DNA from: Eledone cirrhosa
Taxonomy: Eukaryota
Direction of reading: 5' to 3'
Length of the DNA: 64,000 nt
NCBI GenBank assembly: GCA_964016885.1
Contig: OZ024740.1
Span: 91,388,001-91,452,000 of the forward strand
In this document: positions 1 through 12,420 of the stretch, piece after piece
Layout: every line of letters starts with the position of its first letter
Position numbering within the stretch: the stretch's first letter is position 1
Translations under genes and position numbers: made by a program
Notes under the pieces: generated by a model
Database searches by the model: none
What the model saw: only the letters and a program-made list of their open reading frames with translations
Told to the model about the DNA's origin: nothing

Positions 1-330
1 GTCGACAAAAGTGTACTAGAGAAGAGGAGGGGGGTGAAAGAATAGGTAAATCGAAAGGGTGTAAAAAAACCCAAAACATTATAAAAATGAGTAAATAAAT
101 ATATAAAAACAATTTCTGGTTGCTAATCCATTTCCACAATCACTACATTTCTCATTGGTATTGCTAAGCTATAGAAAAGTTTAATAGGTGGAGAATGGGA
201 AAAATACTAAATACAAGATTGTAGTGAAATAATTTTATAAAGCCCGATTTGCAGGGTGTCTAAGACCACTGCTATAGATAGTTAGTAATCAGCCAATGAT
301 ATCTTACGAAGGCGGGTTAATAAGTTGAAA

Positions 331-465
331 AACATACTAAAATACTACTACAAAAATACTAATACAAAATATTAATAAAAAAAATACTAATACACGAATA
401 CTAATACAAAAATACTAATACAAACATACTAATACAAAATACTAATACAAAAATACGACTAATAA
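331..465. repeat. Minisatellite, ~14-bp unit AAAAATACTAATAC, ~8-9 copies
   Basis: Directly visible tandem units inside the family A 3' UTR. Confidence 0.85.
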
Positions 466-789
466 CTTTAGAAACTACAGAAATGGATCAGCAACCAGAA
501 AGAAAAAAGATTATTGGGATTTAACACTTCCGCTATAAAAAGCGTAATCGGCCAATTCTAGATTAAAATTTGTTTTGCGGGGTACTGAGGCTACAGAGGT
601 TTGATGGGCTGCATCAGAGTAGGCGAAAGGTGAAAATAAGACGAGGAAGGAGATCTGGTGTGGGAAGACTAGGAAGAGATCGGGGGAAGAAGGGACCAAG
701 TAGAAAAAGATAAAAAGGTTACGTCTACCTTTGTAAGCAGAGGTTACCCCTTACAAAATCGGCAAGTGGGGGTGTCGCCACTTGTATAG

Positions 790-1658
790 GAGTCGTTATG
801 GGGTTTGAGGGCGAAGTAAGTCCTACGCAATCTTTGTTTCCATGCGGCTACCAGTTCGTCTTACTTGTTTAGTCCTTCGAAGACAGCATTTGTAATGTTT
901 CCTCCGAGCATAAGTTGTACGGACGGCGTCTTCCCGTGTAAGAGTTACCTCTGGACAGTAAGTTCCAAGTGAGATTGTAGGTTATATTATTATCTTTGAG
1001 GTCCCACATGTGACCCGAATGTGTAGTGGCATGTCGCCGGCCGGGTTTCGGAAAGTATGTCGGTGTTGGTAGAGCCGGGTCTTGAAGTCACAAGCGGTTA
1101 ATCCTATATAAGCTTTGGTGTAGGTGTCCGACCTCACTTTGCACTGGTAGATCACATAACGATCTCGGCATCTATTCTTGAGGGGGCACATGGATCTATC
1201 AGCACAGTTACACCTTCTGGTCGGTTCTGCACTGGTGCATAGGTAATTTCTTCCATACGGGACGAGTTTTTTGTTGTTGTTGGAGAAAACGATGTTTTGT
1301 GCGGAGTTAGGTGTGGTGCTGTAGGAGAGTTTGATGGGTTTTTTGTTGATTATGTTTTGGTTGTGGTATTGTAGTGGGAAGTGTTTCTCGAGGCGCCTAA
1401 AGAAGATTTTCCCGATAGGTATTGTCACCTCGGCATTGTGGGGAGGATTGAACCACGTTACATTGCGTGAGCGGCGGTGTCGCCTGTTGGATCCGCTAAT
1501 GGAAGCTGGATAATAGGATATTTCATCCCGGAAGCCACTTCACTTGAGAGCCTGGTTGTAATAAGGCGCATATTCTTCAAATATCTGCACGTTGCCGGAC
1601 AAACGAGATATGCGGAGGGGGATGTTTTTAACTAGGTTATTAGTGATGTTTCTAGGAT
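790..1658 (-). pseudogene. Disrupted PLE ORF C-terminus with GIY-YIG endonuclease
   Basis: ORF 982..1428 plus frameshifted continuation (RRPYNLCSEE); in-frame TGA in QALK*SGF. Confidence 0.85.
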
Positions 1659-1851
1659 AGCGGTAACCCATTTAAGTTGGTAAGCGGCTCGACAAAAGTT
1701 GGCCTCGATGTTGAGTTTGAGTCCGTGTGGGTGACCGCTATCAACAGCGCCACAGATAATAACAGCGCCGACATAACCCACCCAAAGTTCCCCACTTACC
1801 ACCCCGACAACCCACTCCACCCCCACCTACCAACCACGAACTCGAAACTAA

Positions 1852-3639
1852 ACTCATCAGACTAAAACACTCCAACTCGGATATACTTCACAAACACACA
1901 CACGCACAACACATAACCTCACCAAATCTCAACTCACCGCTCTCTCCAACCTAAAATCGAAGAACCTCATCTATCTCCCCTCCGACAAGGGAAAAGAATT
2001 CTGCGTCATCAGCAGAGAGGCCTACAACACCCTGGCCATCCAACACCTTGACGATGACAACCTCTACTCCAAGGTCACGGGAATCACTCCCGCGCAGATA
2101 GAAGAACACATCAACTCCGCCTGGACCAACATCTGCGACTGGCGGAAGCTCCCGAAGAAGCTGAGATACAACCTCCTCACGAGGAACAGCAGACTACCCG
2201 CCTTCTACCACCTCGTGAAAACACACAAGCAGGGACCCGACCTGAAAATCAGGCCCAGCGTATCGAGCGTGGAGGGACCACTCTACAAAATTTCATGGCT
2301 CCTAGCCAGAATACTCAAACCCATCTTAGACACCTTGCCGGGACACGCTAACAGCTCAGAGGAGGTGTTGAAGCGCCTGCATCAAATGTATCCCGACACC
2401 AGAAGGAATAACAGATATGCCTTCAGCCTTGATGTATTCGCTCTCTACACCTCGGTCCCGGCACTCCCGGCCGTCAATATACTAATGGAACGCGTCCAAT
2501 CCACCGACCCACACTGCTTCGGGCTCACCACCACTGACATCCACCAACTCCTATCCATCGTCGTCGAAAACACCTACTTCGGATTCCTTGACCAAATATA
2601 CCAACAAACCTCGGGATTGCCCATGGCATCATGTCTATCAGGTGTGCTAGCGATCTCCTACATGGACAACCTCGAACGCAAGGCACTCAACGCCTGCCAC
2701 CCCAACGCCGTAGCCTTTTTCTCAAGATACGTGGACGATATCCTCATCCTCACATCTTCCCAAGACACGGCGAACAGAATCTATGAGACGTTCAACAACA
2801 CGGACGAGAACATTGACTTCAGTGTTGAACAAACCAACGAAGACGGGTCACTAGCCCTCCTCGACTTCCGAATCAACATCACGGAACAAGGAGGGATCCA
2901 CTGCAACTTCTACAGAAAGGCAGCCTGCAGGGACCCGTTTGTCCACTACACGTTCGCCCTCCCAAACAGTGGCAAAAGAGGATACATCACGAACAAGATC
3001 GCGCGAATCAAAAACAGATGCAGCGATCCAGCGAGTGGTGTCACTCATACCAAGCGATTTTTAGAGGTGCTGGAGACGAACGGGTACCCTACCTCGATCA
3101 CAGACAGAATAGGAGACACCAGACGCAAGAGACAGAGAAGCACCCAAGGCAAGTGCTTCCTTAAAATTCCACAACTGGGCGAGAAAACCACCAACGCTAT
3201 CCGCAGGGCTATACGGAGGGAGGGCCGCGACATCCACCTGGCCCACTCGAGCCCCTCCCTGCGAAGATGCCCCTCCAGGAAACCCGAAAAATCTACTGAC
3301 GCATGCTCCCTCAGAGACAGCCCGATACGCCATGCTAACTGTTGCCTACGCACATACGTCGGGTATGAAATAGAATGTGACAGGTGCAACCAATACTAAA
3401 TAGGTAGCACAATTCGACCTTTGCACATCCGGATCAAGGAACACACTAAAACTAGTGCCTCGTCTTTCCGGAAACACATAGACAAATGCGGAAACAAAGA
3501 CGGAAGGCCCATTGTCACAATTCTAGCGACTGATGGAAACGTCGGCACGTTACGTATCAAGGAAGTGCTTTTTATCAAACGACTGCAACCGCAAATAAAC
3601 AACCGATCAGAGAGAAGCGAAATGAAATGGCTGGTTTAA
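1852..3639 (+). pseudogene. PLE polyprotein: RT (SDKG, KTHK, IRP, DVFALYTSVP, GLPMAS, RYVDD, LLD, YRK) + GIY-YIG; one premature TAA at 3397-3399
   Basis: Frame open from ~1852 through ORF 2215..3399; reads YEIECDRCNQY*IGSTIRPLHIRIKEH in frame into ORF 3421..3639 (E..FIKRLQPQIN). Confidence 0.9.
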
Positions 3640-3775
3640 GTTAAAAAGCAATGCCACAACACACAACACACGCACACACACACACACGTAAACGAGACAA
3701 CTACACACACACACACAGTAACATTCCACCATACGAACATACTACACTGCCAATACAGATGAACAAGGCAACAAC

Positions 3776-3814
<39 letters not shown>

Positions 3815-4054
3815 AAGCGAGACAACAACACACGCACACACACACACACAGTAACATTTAACAAACAGGCAGAGATTGGACTCACAGCTAGCGCCATCCC
3901 ACTCCCTCATTCGGCCGCTGACCTCTGTACGACCGACCACATTTCACGCGCACGCGTGCTCGGCCGAATACCTAAGATATTCAAATCAACAAACAGCGAA
4001 AGACGTGTTCCGAGTTGTCCGACAGACAACCTTTTCGCACACCCCGGAAAAAAA

Positions 4055-4090
4055 CCCCAGTTGATGGATGTGAATCCGAAATATATAGGG
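4055..4090 (+). ncRNA. Degenerate minimal hammerhead ribozyme (family B 3' end)
   Basis: CCC-CAGTTGA-T-GGAT(gtga)ATCC-GAAA-TATA-TA-GGG; stems intact, core has 2 changes from CTGATGA. Confidence 0.6.
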
Positions 4091-4342
4091 ACTATTAAAT
4101 CTCTCCCAAGGTAACTCTCTCTTGTGTTGTTATTTTTATTTTTATCCTTTATACTCTTCCCTTCATTCTACACATCTCACACATGTTATACACACCACGC
4201 ATCTCAACATACACCCACTTATATCTCTCTCCACCACTGGACCTTGTTACCCGGAGATTTACCCATTTGCATTGACGAGGCTTCCAAACGACTTAAATAT
4301 ATTTACTTATTGTTCCACAATGCTTCAAGCAAACTTCAATAC

Positions 4343-4588
<246 letters not shown>

Positions 4589-4855
4589 CGGCGATGAATT
4601 AGTTTTGCGAGGTTTTTTATATGAAATCGTGTGTCGAAACAGATATTGTTATATTTGGGGAGGGTCATATTTGCGTAATATTGCCAGAATTAATAACAGA
4701 ACACACTCACTGTTTGGTTGGTTTTCGCTTCTCGCTGTCTTTTATATATATATATCTGCGATCTAACTTACTCGGTCCTCAATGTTGCCATTGACTGACC
4801 GGCGGTCAAAAATAAAATAATACAGATACAATATAGACAAACACATATATATATA

Positions 4856-4901
4856 GTTTACATAAATCTTTCGTTGCACATCTGCAACATCGTCAGTGGT
4901 G
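4856..4901 (-). ncRNA. Minimal type-I hammerhead ribozyme (family C 3' UTR)
   Basis: Minus strand: cca-CTGACGA-T-GTTGCA(gatg)TGCAAC-GAAA-GATT-TA-tgt. Confidence 0.8.
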
Positions 4902-5173
4902 TTATATTCATTGTTCCTCCTGTTGTGTTGTATGTCTACGCCATTTTTTTTTTTTTGTTCAGTCCGTCTATATATTTATTTATTTATTTGCTTGTTTGTT
5001 TATCTTATTTTATTTTGTCTTCTTTGCGCATGCGTTTGCGTGTGTGTATAGTGTTATGTGTGATGTGTGACTAGTGTGTATAGTGTTGTGTCTGCTGGGT
5101 GACTAGTGTGTGTTTATGTGCTTGTGTATGTATTTATTTATCTTATTTTATTTAATTTAATTTACTTATTTAT

Positions 5174-7333
5174 TTATACTTCTCTTCGGTCAGTGTTGTT
5201 TGTTTGGGTGTTGTTGTTGTTCCACTCATTCTTTCTGTTTAGCTTTGGTCTTCTAATTTCTATTTCACTGGCCTCTCTGATTTGCCTATCTGCTGGGTCA
5301 TTCCTATGTTTAGATATTATTCTAATTTCTATGTTGTCTATGTTACCGTCATGATGTTGTCTAGCATGTTCGTATAGTACTGACCCGTTTTTTCGTCCTT
5401 TTAGTTCCCCCCAGTGTTGGTCTATCCTTTCACCTATGCTACGAGCTGTCTCACCTATGTATGTTGTTGTCGTGTTTCTGCAAGTACCCTCTGTACATCT
5501 TATGCTATAGACTACGTTTCTAGTTTTACAGTTTATCCGGGGGTTCACCTTACATATGATACATTTCCTATTGGTACAGTGGGTTTTCTTAAAAGGGTAG
5601 GTTTTGCTGATCAGGGATTTTATGGTGGTTCCTGGCTTTTCTACCACCTTTATTTTTAAGTGGGTCTTTCTCAGGGCCTTTCTACACTGGTTAGCTAATT
5701 TCCCTCCAGGGGTGGCGTCCACAAACATGACACTCTGATATCTCTGGTTGTCGTACCATGATGTGGCCTTCCCTATCTTATGTCTAGCCCTATCTAAGCT
5801 ATTCCATGATTTGCTCCTGTATAGTGGGCAAATTCCTTTCATGTCCAGTTCTATGAGGGTCTTATACTTTTCCATGGCTCCTTCGTATACTCTGACTCTG
5901 TCTCTTTGGTTGTAGCCAGAGAACTGCATGCGGTTGATGAAGTGTTGGATGTGTCCTTCCATTTCTGTTGGGTCGCACATGCTGGACACATTCTTCATCA
6001 CTCGTACCAAATCTGCGATCAGAATATTAAACTTAGCACTACTGGACATTGCTGAGTTTTTGAGTATCAGGTATTTGGAGGCCATGGGTTTAGCATAGTG
6101 TGAGTGGAGAATTTGGGCTCTCTCGTCTATAGTGTTAATCCAGAGTTCTGTGTCTAATACAGGTAGTCTATTGTTAGGGTGTTTGGAAGGGAAGTCTATA
6201 GTTACAGTTATACTCTGGTGTATGGAATTAGCTATCTGCTGGATGCTTTCCATCGTGCTACGTTCTACATCAAACTTGTTAGTGCTCTCTAGTGGGGGTG
6301 TTCTTATAACTATATTGATATCGTCTACATAACGAGAGTACATGATGAGGTCTATGGAGCTTTCATTAAGGAGATCTTTAAGTCTCCTTTCCCACCATAC
6401 CATGAAAAGGTTGGCAACATCGCCAGCTATGCTGACGCCGATGGCTGCTCCCTCATTTTGGGTGTAGATTTTCTCATTGAACTTAAATATGTGGCCCTTT
6501 AGGGTAGTTTTGATACTAGCTCCTATTGCATGTGCGACCATTTTTCTTACCTGATCAGTGTTTTGGGGGGTCCGTATAGCTTTGGTCCACCCAATCCACC
6601 TTCCTATGGGAGTCTTTTTAGCCATTGAGGTTATGGTGGGGGGTCTACCTCTTATAGGTCTACTAGGGCAGAAACATCTAAGGTCATGGCTGTCTAGGTA
6701 GTCAGTGTCGTAGGTAAGTCTAAGTAGGAGGCCCAGTTCGTCTGTGTCGACGTCGCAGAACTCCACCTCACTCTCAATGATCATCTCCACACATCTTTTC
6801 ACAGCAAAATCAATGTTAATGGATGGGTACAGTGACACCACATCCATGCTGCCTATTATGCAGTTGGATAGGCTCCTGTTTTTGTTTCACTCACTGATTC
6901 TGCTGAGGAGGTCCTCTGTACTTTCACATACATCTGGGGACATCTTGATTATGGGGCGTATAACCATTGAGAGGAAGTAGGAGATCCTGTAGTTGCTAGC
7001 TATATTAGCTCCGCATACAGGTCTTGTTGGTGGTCCTGTTGTCGGGTCGTCGACTGTCTTGTGGTCTTTGCGGAGCCCATACAAGGGTGGTATGCCATTG
7101 TTAGACGCCTGGAAGTTGTTGGCAGTGCGTCTGCTTGGCTTTAGGATGTCAGTCCACATCATCATGTGAGCGTTGAGGATTTTTTCTCTCCCATCGTGTG
7201 TTAGTTGTGCAACTTCGCTCGTGTTGGTGATGTGGGGTTGCATTGCCTCGATGTAGTTCGGCATGCTATCTATTGACATCCTACCAGACTTATCTGTGGG
7301 TAGACACACTACCTCACCATCCCTTGTGCGCTG
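5174..7333 (-). CDS. PLE polyprotein (RT + GIY-YIG), open except one in-frame TGA at 6887-6889
   Basis: PTDKSG, LYGLRKDHK, PTRPV, DVVSLYPSI, GAAIG, SRYVDD, LPVLD, CxxC, NVVYSIRC, YIGETARSIGERIDQH, RQIREA, PKLN; ORFs 6887.. and 5174..6847 are in the same frame. Confidence 0.88.
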
Positions 7334-7533
7334 NNNNNNNNNNNNNNNNNNNNNNNNNNNNNNNNNNNNNNNNNNNNNNNNNNNNNNNNNNNNNNNNNNN
7401 NNNNNNNNNNNNNNNNNNNNNNNNNNNNNNNNNNNNNNNNNNNNNNNNNNNNNNNNNNNNNNNNNNNNNNNNNNNNNNNNNNNNNNNNNNNNNNNNNNNN
7501 NNNNNNNNNNNNNNNNNNNNNNNNNNNNNNNNN
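7334..7533. other. Assembly gap (200 N)
   Basis: Direct; flanks belong to different PLE families. Confidence 1.
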
Positions 7534-9205
7534 CCTTAACATTGAAAATGATCTGTACTACCCATACAGGAAACCAAACGTCAATCAGCATTACATCCAC
7601 CGCCGTTCTAACCATCCTAGAAACATCACCAATAAACTGGTTAAAAACATCCTCCTCTGCATATCTCGTTTGTCCGCTAATGAGCAGATATTCAAAGAAC
7701 ACGCGGCTCATTACAAACAGCCCCTCAAGCGGCGACACCGCCTCTCACGCAACGTAACGTGATTCAATCCTCCCCATAATGCTGAGGTGGCAATACCTAT
7801 TGCGAAAATATGTTTATGCTCCTCGAAAAGCACTTCCCACTACAATACCGCTACCACAACAGAATCAACAAAAACACCATCAAACTCTCCTACAGCACCA
7901 CAACCTAATTTCGCACAAAACATCGTCTCCTCAGGCAACCAAAAACTCAACCTCTATGGAAGAAATAACCTAGACATCAGTGGAGACCCGACCAGGAGGT
8001 GTAACTGCCGTGAGAGATCTACGTGCTCACTCAGCAACAAATGTCGAGACCGTAATGTAATCTTCAAGGGCAACATGAGGACGGACACCTCCAGCAAAGC
8101 TTATATAGGATTAACCGCGTGTGACTTCAAGACCCGGCTCTACCACACCGACCTACTTTCCGAAATCTGGTCCGGCGACATGCCACTACACTCTTGGGCC
8201 ACATCTCGGGCCTCCAATAGAATAATATTACCTACAATCTCACTTGGAGCTTACTGTCCACAGCTCACTCTTACACGGAGGGACGCCGTCCGTGTAACTT
8301 ATGCTCGGTGGAAACATTACATATGCTGTTTTCAAAGGACCAACTCCTAGACAAGAAAGACGAACAGGTCACCGCATGCAATCACATATTGCGTAAAACT
8401 TACCCCGTCCTCAAACACCATAACGACTCTTGTGGGTAGACAAGGGATGATACCCCCCCCCCACACACACACACTTGCCGAATAAGATAGGGGATACTCC
8501 AGCTTACTCAGGTAGATGTATCTCTTTCTTTTCTTTTCCTATTTTGTCTTCTTCCACGTGTCTCATCCTATCATTTCCTTCCACCCCTATTTTCTTGCTC
8601 CTCTGCTTTTCCCTTTCGCCTACCCCGATGCAGCGTATCGGGACTATGCAGCTTCAGTTCCCCCGCACCTGTCATTTTAAGATAGAATTGGCCGAATACG
8701 TTTTACTAAGTACTTATTACAGACGTGTTAAACCCTTTAATTTTGTATTAGTTCTGGTACTTCTCCATTTCTACAAGTTTTTTCCATTCTCAACTTATTA
8801 ACCTGTAATTGAAAGATAGCATTGTGATTTTTTTTTATTCATTTCTTACTATATATATATTTTCTTTTTATTATCTTTACTGTCTCCTACTCTCATTAGA
8901 TTTACCTATTCTATAGCATACGTCCTCCACTTCATAGACTATCCTTAGAATCTGCTGTATACATATCACTTTGAACGCTTGAGCGCTCCACTCACACCCC
9001 TATTGTTCTACAGGCAAGTTTAACCACCCCTATCCCCCACCAAATGTCATGATAGACTTATTTGTGGTTACAACAAATTCTTCCCATATAAGGAAATACC
9101 CCCTTGACAAGTTAGGTATTTATTCACCTGGTTAAACATTCTAATTTAGTCCAGAAATAGCCGTCGAAACGCCTTCAGCTCTGCCGTCGGGGTCATACTT
9201 TTTCC
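7534..9205 (+). mobile_element. Naiad-like PLE family A copy 2 (decayed)
   Basis: ORF 7787..8350: RRCNCRERSTCSL, KAYIGLTACDFKTRLYH; collinear with copies 1 and 3; ends at (TA)n. Confidence 0.9.
9098..9194 (+). ncRNA. Candidate atypical hammerhead (CTTGACAA core, long stem II) at family A 3' end
   Basis: ACCCC-CTTGACAAG ... GAAAC-GCC-ttcagctct-GCC-GTC-GGGGT; stem I ACCCC/GGGGT, GTC triplet. Confidence 0.45.
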
Positions 9206-9739
9206 TATATATATATATATATATATAGTACAATTTAAAAAAAATATGATCAATACTAATGTGTTTTTTTTGCAAAATGACAATAATATTTTAGCCAGAT
9301 AGAAATACCTTAATTCAAGTACATATAGTCCTCCTGTATCGATCTAGAAAATATTAAATATTAAATCTATACTTACAGACGTAAAAATGGCAACTGTCTG
9401 GTGCCGAGACAAGTTTAAATTTCAAAATTCAAACCTTTTCAGCAGATCGGTCGGAACTTTAAAACATAAACCTGTTTCACAAGGGATGGTATACTAATGA
9501 AATAATTAATTAATTACGGAATAACTATTTATAAAATAATTATTAGTAAAGTAATCCATTTTTTGTGATTTTCAATAGGCACCCAGATAAATTATAATTA
9601 CTTCTCCAAAGATAAGAATTTTAAGACTGATCTGTCGCAAGCCTGATACATGTATTTTTGCACACGACCTTCTCAGCATTCTGGCTCATATCCATGGCGC
9701 TAGAAATAACAGCCGTAAATAAGTATTTTCTAAATTGAA

Positions 9740-9767
9740 ATATATATATATATGTATATATAAGTAC

Positions 9768-9839
<72 letters not shown>

Positions 9840-9850
9840 TCATATATATA

Positions 9851-9897
<47 letters not shown>

Positions 9898-9970
9898 GTA
9901 TATATATATTTATATATACATATATATATGTATATATATAAATATATGTATATATATATATGAATATATA

Positions 9971-10054
<84 letters not shown>

Positions 10055-10064
10055 TATTCTACAT

Positions 10065-10139
<75 letters not shown>

Positions 10140-10232
10140 AGTATGTACGTATGTATACGTACATACATATATGTATATACACCTACAGTAGTATATATAT
10201 ATATACATACATACGTATATATATATATATAT
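9740..10232. repeat. (TA)n compound microsatellite
   Basis: Direct. Confidence 0.95.
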
Positions 10233-10363
10233 GCACGAATCGGTTTACCGAACATTTATTATAATGCTCGGTTTGTTTGTTTGTAAACAAACAAACAGCC
10301 CGAATTACGCCGTATAGTGTATAGGCAACCACGTCACCTTTTTGTTCAACACTGGCACAGGAA

Positions 10364-10404
10364 CGATGTACTAGTTCCAAGCTTATTAGCTATCGTCAGC
10401 ATCG
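10364..10404 (-). ncRNA. Minimal hammerhead ribozyme with GAAA>GGAA change, no adjacent ORF
   Basis: Minus: CGATG-CTGACGA-T-AGCT(aata)AGCT-T-GGAAC-TA-GTA-CATCG; 5-bp stem I, palindromic ACTAGT stem III. Confidence 0.75.
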
Positions 10405-10525
10405 TATACCTTCCTGCCAGATGGTTGAACGCCTGAAAGTATATACTTTCCTTAGGCATATTAACGGCTGAGCAGTCTAATTTGCATATCGAGTGAGTTC
10501 AGTCGGCCGGGCACACCGAAAACGA

Positions 10526-10755
10526 TAAATGGAATAGAAGGAAACGATATTTCATTTCTCACTCTTAGTACACCACTTACTTAAATGTAAGTATGGATGT
10601 ATACGTACATACATATATGTATACCGACGTACAGTAGTATGTATATATATAAGTATGTATACATATATGTATGTACGTATACATACATACTTACATGTAT
10701 GTAATTGCCGTACTAAGTGTGAGAAATGAAATTTCTTTTCATTCTATTCCATTTA
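10526..10755. repeat. Imperfect foldback (~100-bp arms)
   Basis: TAAATGGAATAGAA..CATTTCTCACTCTTAGTAC versus GTACTAAGTGTGAGAAATG..TTCTATTCCATTTA, plus inner paired arms. Confidence 0.85.
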
Positions 10756-11049
10756 TATATATATATATATAAATTATATAGATTTACATATACATAAACT
10801 AAACAGAGCCATAGATATATATATGTGATTGTTGGCAACCATTCACGGTGTGGCTCAATGACGAAATAATTAATTAAATAGTCAACAATCAGAGCAATAT
10901 ATAAGAAAGTAAATCCATAGAATCATTTGATAATATATATACAGTATTTCCTCTCCCAATCAGCATCATTAACCATACAAAATATCAATTAAACGAGGCT
11001 ATAAGTTTAAAATCAACCTATGAAGAAGCAATAGATTAATAAATTGGAG

Positions 11050-12420
11050 CTGTGATCAGAGAAATAGCGGCGCTACCTGGAGTGATTCTCTGATATGACA
11101 ACAACGATCTCTATCGGGTAACACTACTGCAGAGACTCTCCAGAGGAATCCCATTTCGGCCGCATGTATTTGTGATCGTGTTCTTTCGTTTCTTACGCAA
11201 TAAACATGACAATCGGTAAGGGTTGGAACGAATACCGAATTGATGATAGCGTGTTTGGTTTTACAAGTACTTCCATTATGATGATCACCTAATGATGGAG
11301 CTGGTATATTACTGAAACAGCTTCTACAATTCTTGATCATTATTCAGCCTCCTGCCTTCCAAGTATCGTGAACACGGCCACCGGCCAGGTGATACTTGAA
11401 CTTTCCCACCTGCTGCAGTGAACTCCATTCACATATAAAGTGCACTGCGTGGAGTGTGGCTTCGTTCTTGCAGCTGATTTTCATTCTAGCGATGCAGTAC
11501 TCGATACTAAAGATATCAAGTGCAAGCTGGAGATCTCATCCTGTGGAATTAATGTTTCCAAATTCCAGCTGACTAATTTTACACTGGACAATATGGATAC
11601 CACTTCCAGCCCGACTGCGCATGTTAATCATGTTCATGAAAATAATGTACGCAACGTTGGCGGACTCGGATTCCTATTGAATGGTTTTGATGGTACCGCA
11701 TATATTTATGGATGTTTCTGTGCTGATATTCATAATAAAGCGTCCATTGCTAGAAACAGAAATGAATAATACCTTTCCATTCGTATTTACATATGGCTCA
11801 CCATTCCTTCCAATAGCTCCTGTCCATGTTAGGTGGTCCGTGCCAACATATCATTGAAATCTCCCATCAGGATATATGACACCCTTTCGTGTCTCTGGAG
11901 AAGCAATCTCTGTGCGTCCATCCACCGCCTTTTAAGACAGGTCGCAGACCCATCACCTCTTTTCGCGGCATGAAATCGAGACGGCAATAATTTTTATGAA
12001 TGGACTACTCTAACTAATAGCAGAACGTGTTCCTTGTTAACCAACGTGAAGGACAATTCGGTATAATTCCTTCTCGTTCCTCTCACCATATTACACTTTC
12101 ACTGGTTTTATTTGCGCCAGTCAATAATCTGTTACTTCCTTAAACCTGCAAAGACTAGGCTGTTTTAGAAGCAGTCTTTACTAGCCTCGTAATAGTTACG
12201 TCACTGGGCTTTAGCTGTTTTCATGCGCGCTGCAGGTGTCATAGATTGCTCCAATTTCTCTATTAATGTACCGCTGTTTATCCAGGACTGGTTATTCCTA
12301 CGGCAGCTGGCTGCTCATATCGTATCAAACTGTCATAACTGGTGGCCGTATCGTTATCCATCACCTCCCACCCGTTTTCTAACAGAGCAGCTGGGCGAGA
12401 ATTTTATCGTTTCTATTTCT
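11050..12420 (-). mobile_element. Decayed RTE-clade LINE remnant
   Basis: ORF 11056..11340 contains ERTRSQIHAAEMGFLWRVSAVVLPDRDR..IRESLQV, typical of the RTE C-terminal region; upstream decayed RT-like text. Confidence 0.7.

Larger units (their letters stand above)
1..1658 (-). mobile_element. Naiad-like Penelope element, family A copy 1 (thumb/linker, GIY-YIG, 3' UTR; 5'-truncated)
   Basis: Minus strand encodes WFNPP, KHFP, KLSYSTTPN, RRCNCADRSMCPL, VIYQC..KAYIGLT..FKTRLYQH. Collinear with 7534-9205(+) and 55868-57085(+). Confidence 0.9.
1656..4110 (+). mobile_element. Penelope-like element family B (YVDD type) with 5' micro-inversion
   Basis: RT+GIY-YIG ORF, CA-rich 3' UTR, HHR-like motif at 4055-4090 followed by ATTAAA. 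Confidence 0.9.
4600..7333 (-). mobile_element. Penelope-like element family C, near-intact; 5' part lost in the gap
   Basis: Long RT+GIY-YIG ORF, 3' UTR with HHR. Confidence 0.92.

Noticed and set aside
6887-7757. ORFs spanning the N run
   Set aside because: Artefact of the gap joining two unrelated PLE families
9630-9690. Hammerhead-like CTGAGAA..TACATGTA on the minus strand
   Set aside because: No GAAA box or stem II closure
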